This document shows, piece by piece, positions 35,230-54,415 of a stretch of DNA of 64,000 nucleotides. Both the position numbers and the translations under genes were made by a program. Under the pieces are notes generated by a model. The model was not told the origin of the DNA. It did not search any database and saw only the letters and a program-made list of their open reading frames with translations. Within the stretch, counting starts at the first letter, position 1. The number at the start of each line of letters is the position of its first letter. The DNA is from the human T2T-CHM13v2.0 reference genome, Homo sapiens: assembly GCF_009914755.1 (NCBI RefSeq), contig NC_060929.1; one strand, given 5' to 3'.

Positions 35230-35650
35230 AGAATACACATTTTTGGGCAACCATCAAGAACATTATCCAAAATAGACCATGTACCTAGGTCATAAACAAG
35301 TCTCAATAAATTTTAAAAGAATATAATCATAAAACATATGTTTTATCAGCACAACTGAATTAAATTAGAAATCAATAGCAGAAAGAAATCTGGGAAAACC
35401 CTCAATATTTGGAAGTTAAAGAGCACACTCCTAAATAACCAATGCACCAAAAAAAGTGACAGCAGTATAAGAAAATATATTTTACTGAATTAAAGAAAAA
35501 ACACAATATTACACATTTCATATGATGCATAAAAGTGTTTGAAAGTAATTAATAGCTCTTTCAGGAAACAAAGGAAAGAAACCTTTCCAAGACATTCTAC
35601 AATGACAGTACTACCCTGATATCCAAGACAAACATATCCCATTCTGTATA

Positions 35651-36863
35651 TAGTCATGTGTCACTTAAAGATGGTGATACATTCTGAGAAGTGCATCATT
35701 AGGCAATTTTTTCATTGTATGAACATCATACAGTGTACCTACACAAACATCAATGGTATAGCCTACTATATACCTAGGCTATAATGGTATTGCTTACAGC
35801 TCCTGGGCTACAAACTGTTACAGCATATGACTGTACTAAATATTGCAGGCAATTGTAACACAATGGTAAGTATTTGTGTATCTAAACATAGAAAAGGTAT
35901 GGTAAAAATATAGTATAAAAGACAAAAAAATGGTACACTGGTATATGGCACTTATCATTCATGGAGCTTATAGGACTGGAAGTTGCTTTGGGTGAGTCAG
36001 TGAATGGTGAGTGAATGTGAAGGCCTAGGACATTACTGAACACTACTGTAGACTTTATTAACCACTGTACACTTAGGCTACACTATATTTGTAAAAAGTA
36101 TTTTTCTTTTGTCAATAATAAATTAACCTTAGCTTACTGTAACTTTTTTACTTTATAAACTTAAAATTATTTTTTTACTTTTGTGTAATAACAGTTAGCA
36201 TAAAACACAATGTACAAAATATTTACCTTTATAGCCTTATTCTATAAGTTTTTAAAAAATATTTTAAGACTTTTTTTAATGTTTGAAACTATTTTGTTAA
36301 AAAATAAGAAACACACACACATATTAGCCTAGGCCTACACAGGGTCAGGGTGATCAATATCACAGACTTCCACCTCCACATTTTGTCTCCCTGGAAGGTT
36401 TTCATGGGCAATAACAAGCATAGGGAGTATAACAATGCCTTTTTCTGAAATATTCTATAACAATGCTTTTTTTCTGGAATATTACCTGAAGGACTTGCTT
36501 GAAGCTGTTTTACAGGGAAGCTGTTAACTGTTTTACAGTTAACAGTCTTTTTTATAAGTAGAAGAAGAATATGCTAAAATAATAATGAAATATATAGTAA
36601 ATACATAAACCAGTAACACAGTCATTTATTATCATTATCAACTATTATGCACTGTATGCTTTGTACATAATTATATTTTTATAAAACTGGTAGGTTTGTG
36701 TACACCAGCATTATCACAAACACAAGTAATGCATTACACTACATATGACAGCTATGATATTACTGGGCAAAAGGAATTTTTCAGATCCATGATAATCATA
36801 TGGGACCACTATCATATTTGTGGTCTTTAGTTGACCAAAATGTCGTTATGTGGCACATGACTG
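35651..36863. mobile_element. Tigger3-type (TcMar-Tigger) DNA transposon inserted in an old L1 3'UTR
   Basis: Terminal inverted repeats (t/c)agtcatgtg ... cacatgactg with TA flanks; the L1 sequence rejoins across it (cattctgtata|taccacac). Confidence 0.85.
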
Positions 36864-38300
36864 TATACCACACTTTATTTATCCATTCATTTGCTGATAG
36901 ACGTTTAGGTTGATTTCATATCTTGGCTATTGTGAATAGTGCTGCAATAAACATGGGGGTGAAGGTATTTCATCAATATACTGATTTCCTTTCCTTTAGA
37001 TGAATACTCAGTAGAGGGACAGCTGGATCATATGGTAGTTCTATTTTCAGTTTTTCTTTTTAGAAAGCTGAATACTGTTTTCTATCATGATTGTACTAAC
37101 TTATATTCCCACCAACAGTATGTAAGAGTTCTCTTTTCTGTGCATCTTTGATAGCATTTGGTATTTTTTGTCTTTTTAATAATAGCCATCCTAACTGGGA
37201 TTAGAAGCTACCTCATTGTGATTTTGATTTGCATTTCCCTGATGACTAGTGGTGTTGAGCATGTTTTCATATACTTATTGGGCATTTGTATAACTTCTTT
37301 TGAGAAATGCCTATTCAGATCCTGTGCCTATTTTAAAATCTGATTATTTGGGTTTTTTTTTTTTTTTTTTTTGCTATGGAGTTTCTTGTATTTCAACTGA
37401 TTTTTGATGAGGGTTCCATGAAAAGTTAACAGGGAAAATATTAGTCTTCTCAAAAAATGTTGCTGAGACACTAAATATCAACATACAAAGAATTATACTT
37501 GGACTCTTTCCTCACAAGATATTAAAAAAAAACTCAAAGTTGATCAAAAACTTTAAGAACTAAAATGCAAAAATTCTTAGAACAAATCAAAGGTGGAAAT
37601 CTTCTTGACACTGGAGTAGGCAATGGTTTCTTAATGTAATACCAAAAGCAGAATCAACAAAAGAAAAAAATTGATAAATTGGACTGCATTAAAATTCAAA
37701 ACTGCTGTGTTTCAAAGATTATCCACAAAGTGAAAAGACAACCTATGGAATAGGAGAAAATATATGCAAATCATGTATCCCAGAATACATAAAGCACTAG
37801 TACAAAATCTTCACAGCATTCTCTGCCCCAGTAAGACTGCAGGAGGCAATGGAATGCCGCAGAGGTTTTGGAGCTCAGAGGAATGTAATCTGATTTAGGT
37901 TTTAGCAAGTTTACTATGAAACTCTAGATTAAGATCAATACTGTCATGTGTTGTCCACCCCCCCAAAAAAAAGGGGGGAACTAGTACAACTAAACAATAC
38001 AAAGATAAATAACTCAATTTTAAAATGGCCAAGAATTTGAATATATATTTCTCCGAGGAAGACATATAAATGGCCAATAAGTACATGAAAAAATGTTTAA
38101 CATCATTAGAGAAATGCAAATTGAGACCACATGAGATATCAGCTGGGTTTTTAAAATAGGAATTGCATTAAATCTGTAGATTAATTTGGGGAAGTATTGC
38201 CACTTCACAACTCACTAGAACGTCTATAATCAAAAGACAAAAATAACAAGTGATGGGAGAATGTGGAGAAATTGAAACCCTCATACACAGCTGATGAATT
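36864..38300. mobile_element. Old L1M fragments (minus strand 36864-37390, plus strand 37395-38300)
   Basis: L1 ORF2 3' and 3'UTR motifs in both orientations. Confidence 0.78.
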
Positions 38301-38334
38301 ATAAACATTTCTTCCCTGTCCCATCAGTGGGGAT

Positions 38335-38500
38335 ATTTCCTTAATAGCATATTATATTCCTTATATTTCCTTATATAGTTTCATATATATATTCCTTATA
38401 TTTCCTTATATTTATATTTCCTTACATATATTATATTCCTTATATTTCCTTATATATTTCCTTATGTGTATATATATATTCCTTATATTTCCTTAATACC
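38335..38500. repeat. Degenerate (TTCCTTATAT)n minisatellite
   Basis: About 10 imperfect copies of ttccttata(t). Confidence 0.85.
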
Positions 38501-40088
38501 TTAATGTATTTTATAATCATTTTTGTCATCTCAGTAAACTGAAAACACATAAAGAGAAGGATTATGTCTCTTTCTTTCTCCAATATATATTTAGTATTAC
38601 CACCATAACTTGATTATGCCTCTGTTAGGGTGCTGGTCACTCTGTGCTGTCTGCCATCACTGATTCACTTACCTCTCTGTGTTAATCTGTTTACATTTCT
38701 ATAAAGGAATACTTGAGGCTGCTTGGACAACTCAGCCATTCTAGTCTGTGGGCTTAAGAGAGTCCAAACCACCTGGGAGTGGAAGTAGTACCACAGCACC
38801 ACATAGCTACTCTACAAAAGTGTGACCAGATTGCTTCCTTAAGTGGGTCCCCAATCTGTTTCTCCTCACTGGATGGGACTTCCTAAATGGGGGACTCCAG
38901 CCACTCCCACTGACATTCTCTAGCCCACAGAGGTTTGAAAATTTCCTGGGAAAGAGTTTCTAGAGGGAGGGGTTGGCCGCCATCTTTGCTGTTTCAGCAA
39001 CTTAGGTGTTTCAGCAACTTAGCTATTCCAGCCTCTAGGCTTCAGAAAGCCCAACCTGATGCGGGGGCAGAAAGAGTACCGCAGCACAGCATGGCTGCTC
39101 TACTAAAGTAGAGCAGATCCCCATGATCCTGTTCCTCCTGGCTGGATGACCCCAACTGGGGTCTCCAATTACCTCCTGCATGTACATTTGGGCCAATAAC
39201 AGGTCTGTACCCCTTGGGACAAAGCTCCCAGAGGTAGCGGTAGGCTGCCATCTTTACTATTTCACAGCCTTCACTGGTGATACCTCCAGATACTGGAAGA
39301 TCTGAGGCAACTAGGGACTGGAGCAGATGCCCAGCAAACTGCAGCAGCGCTATGGGAAAGTGGTCAGACTCTTAAAAAAGAAAACAGCAACAACGAAAAA
39401 ACCCCAAACCCCATCCAAAGGTCAGCAACCTCAAAGAATAAAGGTAGATAAAGCCCACAAAGATGAGAATCAGTACAAGAATGCTGAAAACTCAAAAAAA
39501 GCCAGAGTGCATTCTCTCCTTCAAATGACCACATCACCTTTCCAGCAAGGTTTTGGAAAGGGGCTGAGGCTGATATGGCTGAACAGAAGTAGACCTCAGA
39601 ATGTAGATAAAAACAAACCACTGAGCTAAAGGAGCATGTCTTAAATCAATGCAAGAAAGCTAAAAATCACAATAAAACATTGCAGGAGCTGACAAAATAT
39701 CCAGGACAGAGGATATAACTGACCGGATAGAACTGAAAAACACCATACAACAATTTCATAATGCAATCACAAGTATTAATAGCAGAATACTCCAACAGGA
39801 GGAAAGAATCTCAGAACTTGAAAACTGTCTTTCTGAAAGAGGACAGGTAGACAAGAACAGAGAAAAAAAGAATAAAAAGGAATGAACAAAATTTCCGAGA
39901 AATATGGGGTTACGTAAAAAGATCAAATCTATGACTGACTGGTGTACCTGAAAGAACTGAGGCGAATGGAACCAATTTGGAAAACATATTTCAGGATATC
40001 ATCCATGAGAACTTCCACAACCTTGCTAGATAGGCCAACATTCAAATTCAGGAAATGCAGAGAACCCTGCTAAGATATTCCATGAGAA

Positions 40089-41188
<1,100 letters not shown>

Positions 41189-42299
41189 GGCAGCATGAGA
41201 GAAAAGTCACTTATAAAGGGAAGCCCATGAAACTAATAGTGAACCTCTTAGAAGAAACCCTGCAAGCCAGAAGATACTGGGGGCCAATATTTAGCATTCT
41301 TAAAGAAAAGCAATTCCAACCCAGAATTTTGTATCCGGCCAAACTAAGCTTCATAAATGAAGGAGAAATAAGATCATTTTCAGACAAGCAAATGCTGAGG
41401 AAATTTGTTACCACCATACCTGCCTTACAAGAGCTACTGAAAGAAGCACTAAATGTAAAAAGGAAAAAATACTACCAGACATTACAAAAACACACTAACG
41501 TACACAGACCAATGACACTATGAAACAACCACATAAGAAGTGTGCATAATAACCAGCTAGCATCAAGATGACAGGATCAAATTCACATATAACAATATCA
41601 ACCTTAAATGTAAATGGGATAAATGCCCCAATTAAAAGACATAAGAGTGGCAAGCTGAATAAAGAACCAAGACCCAATTGTATGCTGCCTGCAAGAAACC
41701 CATCTCACATGCGATGACACACATAGGGTCAAAATAAAGGGATGGAGAGAAATTTACCAAGCAAATGGAAAACAGAAAAAAGCAGGTGTTGCAATCCTAG
41801 TTTCTGACAAAAGAGACTTCAAACGAACAAAGATTAAAAAATGACAAAGAAGGACATTACATAATGGTAAAGGGTTCGATTCAATAAGAAGAGCTAAATA
41901 CCCTGAATATATATGCAACCAACAAAGGAGCACCCAGATTCATAAAGCAAGTACTTAGAGACCTTCAAAGAGACTTAGACTCTTACACAATAATAAATGA
42001 GAGACTTTAATACCCCATTGACAATGTTAGATAGATGAACAAGACAGAAAATTAACAAAGATATTTAGGACCTGAACTCAGCTCTGGATCAAATAAACCT
42101 GATAGATATCTACAGAACTCTCCATTCAAACACAACAGAATCATACATTCTTCTCATTGCCACATAGCACTTACTCTAAAATTGATCACATAATCAGAAG
42201 TAAAACACTCCTCAGTGAATGCAAAAAAAATTGCAATCATAACAGTCTCTCAAACCACAGCACAATCAAATTAGAACTCAAGACTAAAAAATTCACTTA

Positions 42300-42615
42300 T
42301 GGTGGTTCATGCCTGTAATCCCAGCACTTTGGGAGGCCAAGATGGGTGGATCTCCTGAGGTCAGGAATTGAGAGTTTGAGACCAGCCTGGCCAACATGGC
42401 GAAACCCTGTCTCTAGTAAAAATATGAAAATTAGCTGGGCATGGTGATGGGCACCTTTAATCCTGGCCACTTGGGAGGCAAAGGCAGGAAAATCACTTGA
42501 ACCCAGGAAGCGGAGGTTGCAGTGAGCTGAGATTGCACCACTGCACTCCAGCCTGGGCGACAGAATGAGACTCCATCTCAAAAACAAACAAACAAACAAA
42601 CAAACAAACAAAAAA
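42300..42615 (+). mobile_element. AluS with (CAAA)n tail in L1 ORF2
   Basis: Alu body interrupting the L1 endonuclease region. Confidence 0.9.
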
Positions 42616-45194
42616 CACTCAAAAATGATACAATTACATGGAAATTGAGTAACATGTTCCTGAATGACTTTTGAGTAAATAATGAAATAAAGGCAGAAAT
42701 CAAAAAGTTTTTTGAAACTAAGAACAAAGATACAATGTATTAGAATCTCTGGGACACAGTTAAGACAGTGTTAAGAGGGAAATTTATAGCACTAAATGCC
42801 TACATCAAAAAGCTAGAAAGATCTCAAGTTAACAAGCTAACATTACAATTAAAAGAACTAGAGAACCTAAAGCAGACAAATCCCAAAGCTAGCAGAAGAC
42901 AAGAAATAACCAAAATAAGGGCTGAACTGAAGGAGATAGAGACAAGAAAAGAAGCCATTTAAAAGATCAACAAATCCAGGAGCTGGATTTCAAAAAAATT
43001 AAAAAAATAGATAGACGGCTAGCTGGATTAATGAAGAAGAAAAGAGGGAAGATTACAAACACAATCAGAAATAACAAACACAATCAGGAATAATAAGAGG
43101 GACATTACCACTGACTACACAGAAATAAAAACAACCATCAGAGAATATTATAAACACCTCTATGTAAATGAACTAGAACATCTAGAAGAAATGGATACAT
43201 TCCTGGAGACATACATCCTCTCATGACTGAACCAGGAAAAAATTAAATCCCTGAACAGAACAATAAGAAGTTCTGAAATTGAAGCAGTAATAAATAGCTT
43301 ACCAACCAAAAAAAGCCCAGAACCAGATGGATTCACAGGTGTATTCTACCAGATGTACAAACAAGAGCTGGTATCACTTCTACTAAAACTATTTCAAAAA
43401 ATTGAAAAGGAGGTACTCCTTCCTAACTCATTCTATGAGGCCAGCATCATCCTGATACCAAAACCTGACAGAGACACAGCAAAAAAAGAAAACTTCAGGC
43501 CAATATTCTAGCTGAACATCAGTGCAAAAATCATCAAAAAAATACTTGCAAACTGAATCTAGCAGCACATCAAAAAGCTTATGAAACCTGATAAACTAGG
43601 CTTCATTCCCAGGATGCAAGGTTGGTTCAACATACTCAACTCAATAAATGTGATTCACCAAATAAACAGATGTAAAGACAAAAACCACATGATTATCTCA
43701 ATAGATGCAGAAAAGGCTTTTGATAACATTCAACATCCCTTCATGTTAAAAACTCTCAATAAACAAGGTATTGAAGGAACATACCTCAAAATAATAAGAG
43801 CTATCTATGACAAACCCACAGCCTACATTATACTGAATGGGCAAAAGCTGGAAGCAGTTTCCCCTTGAAAACTGGCATGAGGATGCCCTCTCTCGCCACT
43901 TCCATTCAACATAGTATCAAAAGTCCTAGCCAGAGCAATCAGAGAAGAGAAAGAAATAAAGGGCTTCCAAATAGGAACAGAGGAAGTCAAACTATCTGTT
44001 TGCGGATGACATGATTCTATATCTAGAAAACCCCATAGTCTTAGCCCAAAGGCTCCTTCAGCTGATAAACAACTTCAGCAAAGTTTCAGGATACAAAATC
44101 ATACAAAAATCACTAGCATTCCTATATACCAACAACAACCAAACTGAGAGCCAAATCAGAAAGGCCATCCCATTCACAAATGCCACAAAAATAAAATACC
44201 TAAAAATACAGTTAACCAAGGAGGTGAAAGATCTCTACAATGAGAATTACAAAACACTCCTCAAAGAAATTAGAGAAAACACAAACAAATGGAAAAACAT
44301 CCCATGCTCATGGATAGAAAGAATCAATATCATTAAAATGGCTACATTGCCCAAAGTAATTTATAGATTCAATGCTATTCCTATCAAACCACCAATGACA
44401 TTCTTCACAGAACTAGAACAAATTATTTTAAAACTTATATGGAACTAAAAAAGAGCCTGAATAACCAAGGTAATCCTAAACAGAAACAACAAAGCTGGAG
44501 GAACGGTGTTACCTAACTTCAAACTACACTACAAGGCAACAGTGACCAAAACAACTTGGTATTGGTACAAAAACAGGCACACAGACCAAAGGAACAGAAT
44601 AGGGAGCCCATATCAGAAATAAGGCCGCATATCTACAACTATGTGATTTTTGACAAAGAAACTATCAATAGAGTAAACAGATAACCTACAGAATGGGAGA
44701 AAATATTTGGAAACTATGTATCTGACAAAGATCTAATATTCAGCATCTAAAGGGACTTAAAGAAATTTACCAGAGAAAAACAAACAAACATATTAAAGTG
44801 GGGGCTCGTGGTTCTGCAGGCTGTACAAGCACAGTGCCAGCATCTGCTCAGCTTCTGGTGAGGCCTCAGGAGGCTTACAGTCATGGCAGAGGGCAAAGCA
44901 AGAACCTGTGTATCACATGCAAGACAGGGGTCAAGAAACAGGAGGAGGTACCAGTCTCTTTTAAACAACCAGCTCTCAAGTGAATTCATTACTACATGGA
45001 GGGCACCAAGCCATTCATGAGGGACCTGCCACCATGATCCAAACACCTCCCAATAGGAGGGGACAAATGTCCAAACCATATCACTTTCTCAACCACTAGA
45101 CTATATAATCTTCTTAAAACAAGACTATACCTTCTTAACTTTTATATCCCATTTCCCAGGCTAGTGGCTGGCACATAGAAAGTATGAAGTTATA

Positions 45195-47949
<2,755 letters not shown>

Positions 47950-48061
47950 GAGTTAGACAAATGAGAAAGCCCTAGAAAGATAATTACCAAGTAAAGTTAA
48001 TCAAAAGAATAAGCACTGGCAGCACTAAAAGATACCAGAGTACAGAAAGCAACATATAAAC

Positions 48062-49210
<1,149 letters not shown>

Positions 49211-50046
49211 AGTCATGACACAGTGAAGCACAAAATACTCGTCTATATTACAAAAATTCAGACCTCATCAGTATAACGCTCTTCAAAATGAGTTCCTATC
49301 ACTGCTCAGTTTAAACTCCTTAAAGTGTTGAATTAGCTGTGCTCCCTGGAAGGAAAATGGACAGTAAACTGGTGGTGTGGCATGACTGCTAGTTGCTAGA
49401 AACAACTGCAGCTGTACAACCTCCCTGATACACCATGGCTAAAGTCAGGGAAGTGTCTTTTAGTAAATCTTAGCAAACAAATAACAAAAGTGACAGAAAA
49501 GCACTATCATATCACCCAACTGGAATAACTGTATGCCCTACTAATAGCACAAAAAAGAAGCCTTTTCCAGGAAGCATGATAAAAAGAAAAAGCCCTAAAT
49601 TTAGATTCTTAAGACCTAGCCTCTGGTTCAAGTCACATGTTTCCTGAGTTATCCATTATGTTAAATCGCCTCTTTAATCTTCATTTCCTCGTGTATGATA
49701 GTTAATCTAAATCAGTTGTTTTCAAATTCAGCTGTTTCCCAATAACAAATACATTTTATATCCCCAATCCTGAAACCACCATGTATCTGAAACAAAAATA
49801 CAGGCTATGACTAACCAAATTGATGGCTTATAACCTGCCATTTGAAAGGCACTAAACTTATGGATCTCTACGTTTACTTATTAAAAATGACAAAAAGGTG
49901 GTGGGGGCTGGGGGGAAGGATCCTATGAAACTATATTTTTACCTTTGTGGCTACAGAGGTATCTTTGGTAAAGATGCAAATAGACATTCAAGTTTTAGGC
50001 TAATATTCTAACCATGGATCCCAAAGTGCTGGGATTACAGGCATGA

Positions 50047-50352
50047 GGCTGGGCATGGTGCCTCATGCCTGTAATCCCAGCACTTTGGGAGGCCAAGGCA
50101 GGAGGATTGCTTCAGTACAGGAGTTTGAGACCAGGGTGGGCAACACAGTGAGACCCTGTCTGCACAAAAAAATTAAAAAATTTTTTTACATAGTGGTGCA
50201 TACCTGTAGCCCCAGCTACTTGGGAGGCTGAGGTGGGAGGATCCCTTGAGCCCAGGAATTCAAGGTTGCAGTGAGCTGTGATGTACCACTGTATTCCAGG
50301 CTGGGTGACAGAGTGAGACTCTGTCTCAGAAACAAACAAACAAACAAAAAAA
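50047..50352 (+). mobile_element. AluJ-like element preceded by an inverted copy of its own 5' end
   Basis: Alu body; inverted arm at 50019-50049. Confidence 0.88.
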
Positions 50353-51585
50353 GATTTACACTATATTTATAGGCTACCTGAATTTAGAAATTTAGACAAT
50401 AGTGTGTTTAACCACATGATGCCAAAAATCAGTTGTTTAGCTAATGTTTGCATTTCTAAACTGTTACTGGGAACAGATGTTTTGATTCCTAACTGTTCTG
50501 GCTAACAAAACCGTATTATAAAATATAAGAAGATAGTGTAAGAACATATGACCCAAATGTTAGTATCAATGTCTGGCAGTAGGGATTATACTTTTCTTGA
50601 GGGCAGGAGGGGGTGGCACAGGGAGTAAAATTCAAGATTTGAAATTCAAATGTATTTGTAAGTTTTAGCAGATGACAACTGTTGATCATTTTTACTAATA
50701 CCTAACATTGAATACCGTGGCAACATGGGATTCCTCTAATACATGACTTTGGCTTTTGGACTCTGCACTGGCCTAATTGAAGCTTTCTTAGAAGAGTGTA
50801 GCACTTTGATATTCTTACTCAACTCTTCTTTCTTCCTTCCTTCTCTTCTTTTTAGGCTGTCAGACGTGCATTGAGGCCTGAAGGCATTTCTTTCCTACTC
50901 TCACTCTCCTTCATTCTTCACAAGCAGTCTCCCCAATAAACATCTTGTACATCTTACCTCCTCTTGGCATCTGCTTTTTGGAGAATTTGAACAAATAAAG
51001 TGCCTTACTACACCAGGCACCATATTAAACTCTATACATGCATTATTTTATTTAATCTTCACAAAAGGCCTATGAAGACATCATCATTCCCATTTTACAA
51101 ATAATGAAACAGTGGAAAAGTAACTTTCACACTGTCACACAACTGTGACTGTCACACAACTGTGACAGAGTTGGGATTCAAATCCAAGTCTGTTTGACTT
51201 CATAGTTAGAGCCACAGACCCTAATTTAAAACAGTGAGTTTATTAAAAACAAAACAAAACTAGAGACCTTAATAATTTTTTTCTGATGCTTGTGTACCTA
51301 CACACAGTATTACATTTAATCCTAGTAAAGTTGATAGTATTACTTTACAGATGAAGAAATTGTGGCTCAGGGAATTTAAGTAACTTCTTCAAGGCTATCA
51401 TTATATGTTCATGAGTTTAAGCTCAACCCCAGGTCCTCTCTGAATTCAGTTGTTTACATTATACTGCATTGCCTAATTAGTCAAAATGACATTGTCTCGT
51501 TTTGAACTTTTATAGTTGTTAAAACTTTTTATATGGGATGTATGTATTTCAAAGGATGCACTAAAGTTTGACCTTGTCCTCTGTA

Positions 51586-51921
<336 letters not shown>

Positions 51922-54204
51922 TAGTGTTGGCTTTTAGAAAGTAAATAGTCAAAAAGGCCAGGTGCAGTACCTGTCATAAAAGTACTCAATCTAGGGAGGT
52001 CAGTAGGGGCTGAATCCAACCCATACTTTGTTGGCCCAGCCATGTGTCCCTGCAGGGCTGTTGCCATAGAGAAAAAGATGCCTTTTTCCAATCCTTACAA
52101 AAGTAGCATCAGTTACACAGTGTATATCCAAGAGTTATGGATCCTCCAGAAGGGGGTGCCCTTTTCTAATCATACAAGGTGCTATAAGGGCTAGCTGTGA
52201 GTCAGGAGGACAACGAGGTGAGAGGGAGGCTAACGCCTCATTATATACCCTTTCATACCTTATGAATTTTGCACCAAGTTTCAATTAAAAATTTGATTAA
52301 TATGGCAATACATGTAAGTATTATATGTGTTCATATCCTGTGGGTGACCATTTCTCCTTCTACAAATTGTAATAAGAAAATAGATACGAATATGTCTAAA
52401 TATTTTACTATAAAAACCTTTATTGTACTATTACTTAACAGAAAGAAGTCAGTTTAAAAGTTATAACATATTCATAAAATTGAATAGCATACAGGCCCTA
52501 AGTATTATTTTATAGAAGCAAATTTATTGACATGGAAAAATTCATGGTATAGCACATTGAAAAAAGCAGGTCACAAGACAATATAGACAGTATTATTTCA
52601 TTTTTATTTTAAAAGCACATATATGCAAATCTGTAATACAGAGAAAAATCATAAGTTATTTCTGAGTGGTGGGGTCATGGGCCACTCTTCCTTTCTCTTT
52701 CCTTTTTGGCATATTTGTACACTCTAATGTTTCTGTAACAAATGGGCGTTTTTCCATAACAAAGAAAACAAATGCCAACTCCATCCTCCACCCCATCCTA
52801 GTTATACACACAGATTATTGCTTATCGTTAAAAGCCTAACATCTCTAACTTGCCCACAGTTATCTACAGCTTGTCCTAAACTCAGCTTTTTACCTCAGCT
52901 TTATTACCAGCCTTCATCCATCTTACATAGCCAAAGTGACCTAGGTACTATTTCTGTTTTCTGACACCTTTGCATCTTCCAGTAGAACACTTGTCCCTCT
53001 TGTTCCCCTGCCAAAATCCTTTCCATCCTATATGGCACAAACTCAATATTACCTTTTTTATGAGGTCTTTCCTCATCTGCCCTCCTGGAAAAAAAAAAAT
53101 CTCTTTTCTTTGCATTCCCATGTTTTGTGTTCAATGATGTATGTAAATTGCCCTACATATAATTATTTGTTTATATAACTTTCTCTCTCCTAGTAGACTG
53201 TAAGTGAAAATATTCTTCACCTTTGTCTAATTTATAAAGCATTTTTCATATCCACTAATCTTTTATCCTTGCAAGACTGAGCAAGAAAAAGAATCAATAT
53301 TTATTTATCAGCAATTGTGTATCAGACAACACGTTTGAGGCTTTATAAGTCAACCCACTTAACGCTCACAGCAATCCTATGGATCCATTTTACATATGAA
53401 AACATAAGCTCACAAAGGTTCAGTGACTTATTAGTGTCATAGCTGGTAAAAAAAAAAAAAAAAGCATGGCTGTGATTTTTTTAACTCTATTCTTCCTATT
53501 GCAAAAACATGATTGTGTGTCCACCAATGTGGAAGACGTGAACACATATAAAAGCTTACATAAAACACATCAAAATTGATGAGGGTTTTCTGGCACTCCA
53601 GAACTGCTATATTCAGATAATACTTAGGAGTCAACTAAAGTCAGAGGATTTTTGAGGTAGGAGGGACCTTACAGATAATATAATCCATCAAACTCCTATA
53701 TGTTATAGATGAGAAACATGATACCCAGAGCTTTTGCACACATTTAGCAGCTGAACCAGGATTAAAAATTCAACTGGAGGCTAGCAAAGTGGTTAAGATT
53801 ATCGCTTTTGGGATCAGAGCCCTTCATTCAAATCATAGCTGTGTTTAATGACTATGCGTAACCTACGACAATTTACAAAGCTTATCTTTGCCTCAGTTTT
53901 AGCATCTGTAAAAGGAGGATAATAATACTTACCCACTGTGCTGTAAGGAGTAATTTAACACTGAATAGCAGAGAATAAACACAGAAAAATATTAGATATT
54001 CTCTCATCTCCTGTCTCACAGTCCAGTCTTCTTTGCAGGACAGCACATTGCCTTTTATGAATGAGTGTGGAGTGGACACTGTATTTCAGGGGCAAGGTGA
54101 GTAAAAATAAATATTTATTTATGTGGTAAATCCTTTAAAAAATGTACAAATACTTCTCGGTGGATAAATAACATTTTAAAAAGGAATCATTCATTCAATA
54201 AATG

Positions 54205-54415
54205 CTTATTTTTTATTTTTTAGAGACAGGGTCTTACTCTGTTGTGCAGGCTAGAGTGCAGTAGTATGATCATAGTTCACTGTGACCTATGTTTATTTAT
54301 TAAAGGAAGTATAGAACATAGTAAAAAGAGCCAAAATTTAGAGGATCTGGATTCAAATCCTCTTGCCTTAGCCTCCCAAAGTATTGGGGTTACAGTCATG
54401 AGTCATGGTTCCTGA
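54205..54415 (-). mobile_element. Alu monomer (FLAM-like) interrupted by a 70-bp templated insertion
   Basis: Alu sequence at 54222-54288 and 54358-54415 surrounds non-Alu DNA. Confidence 0.8.
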
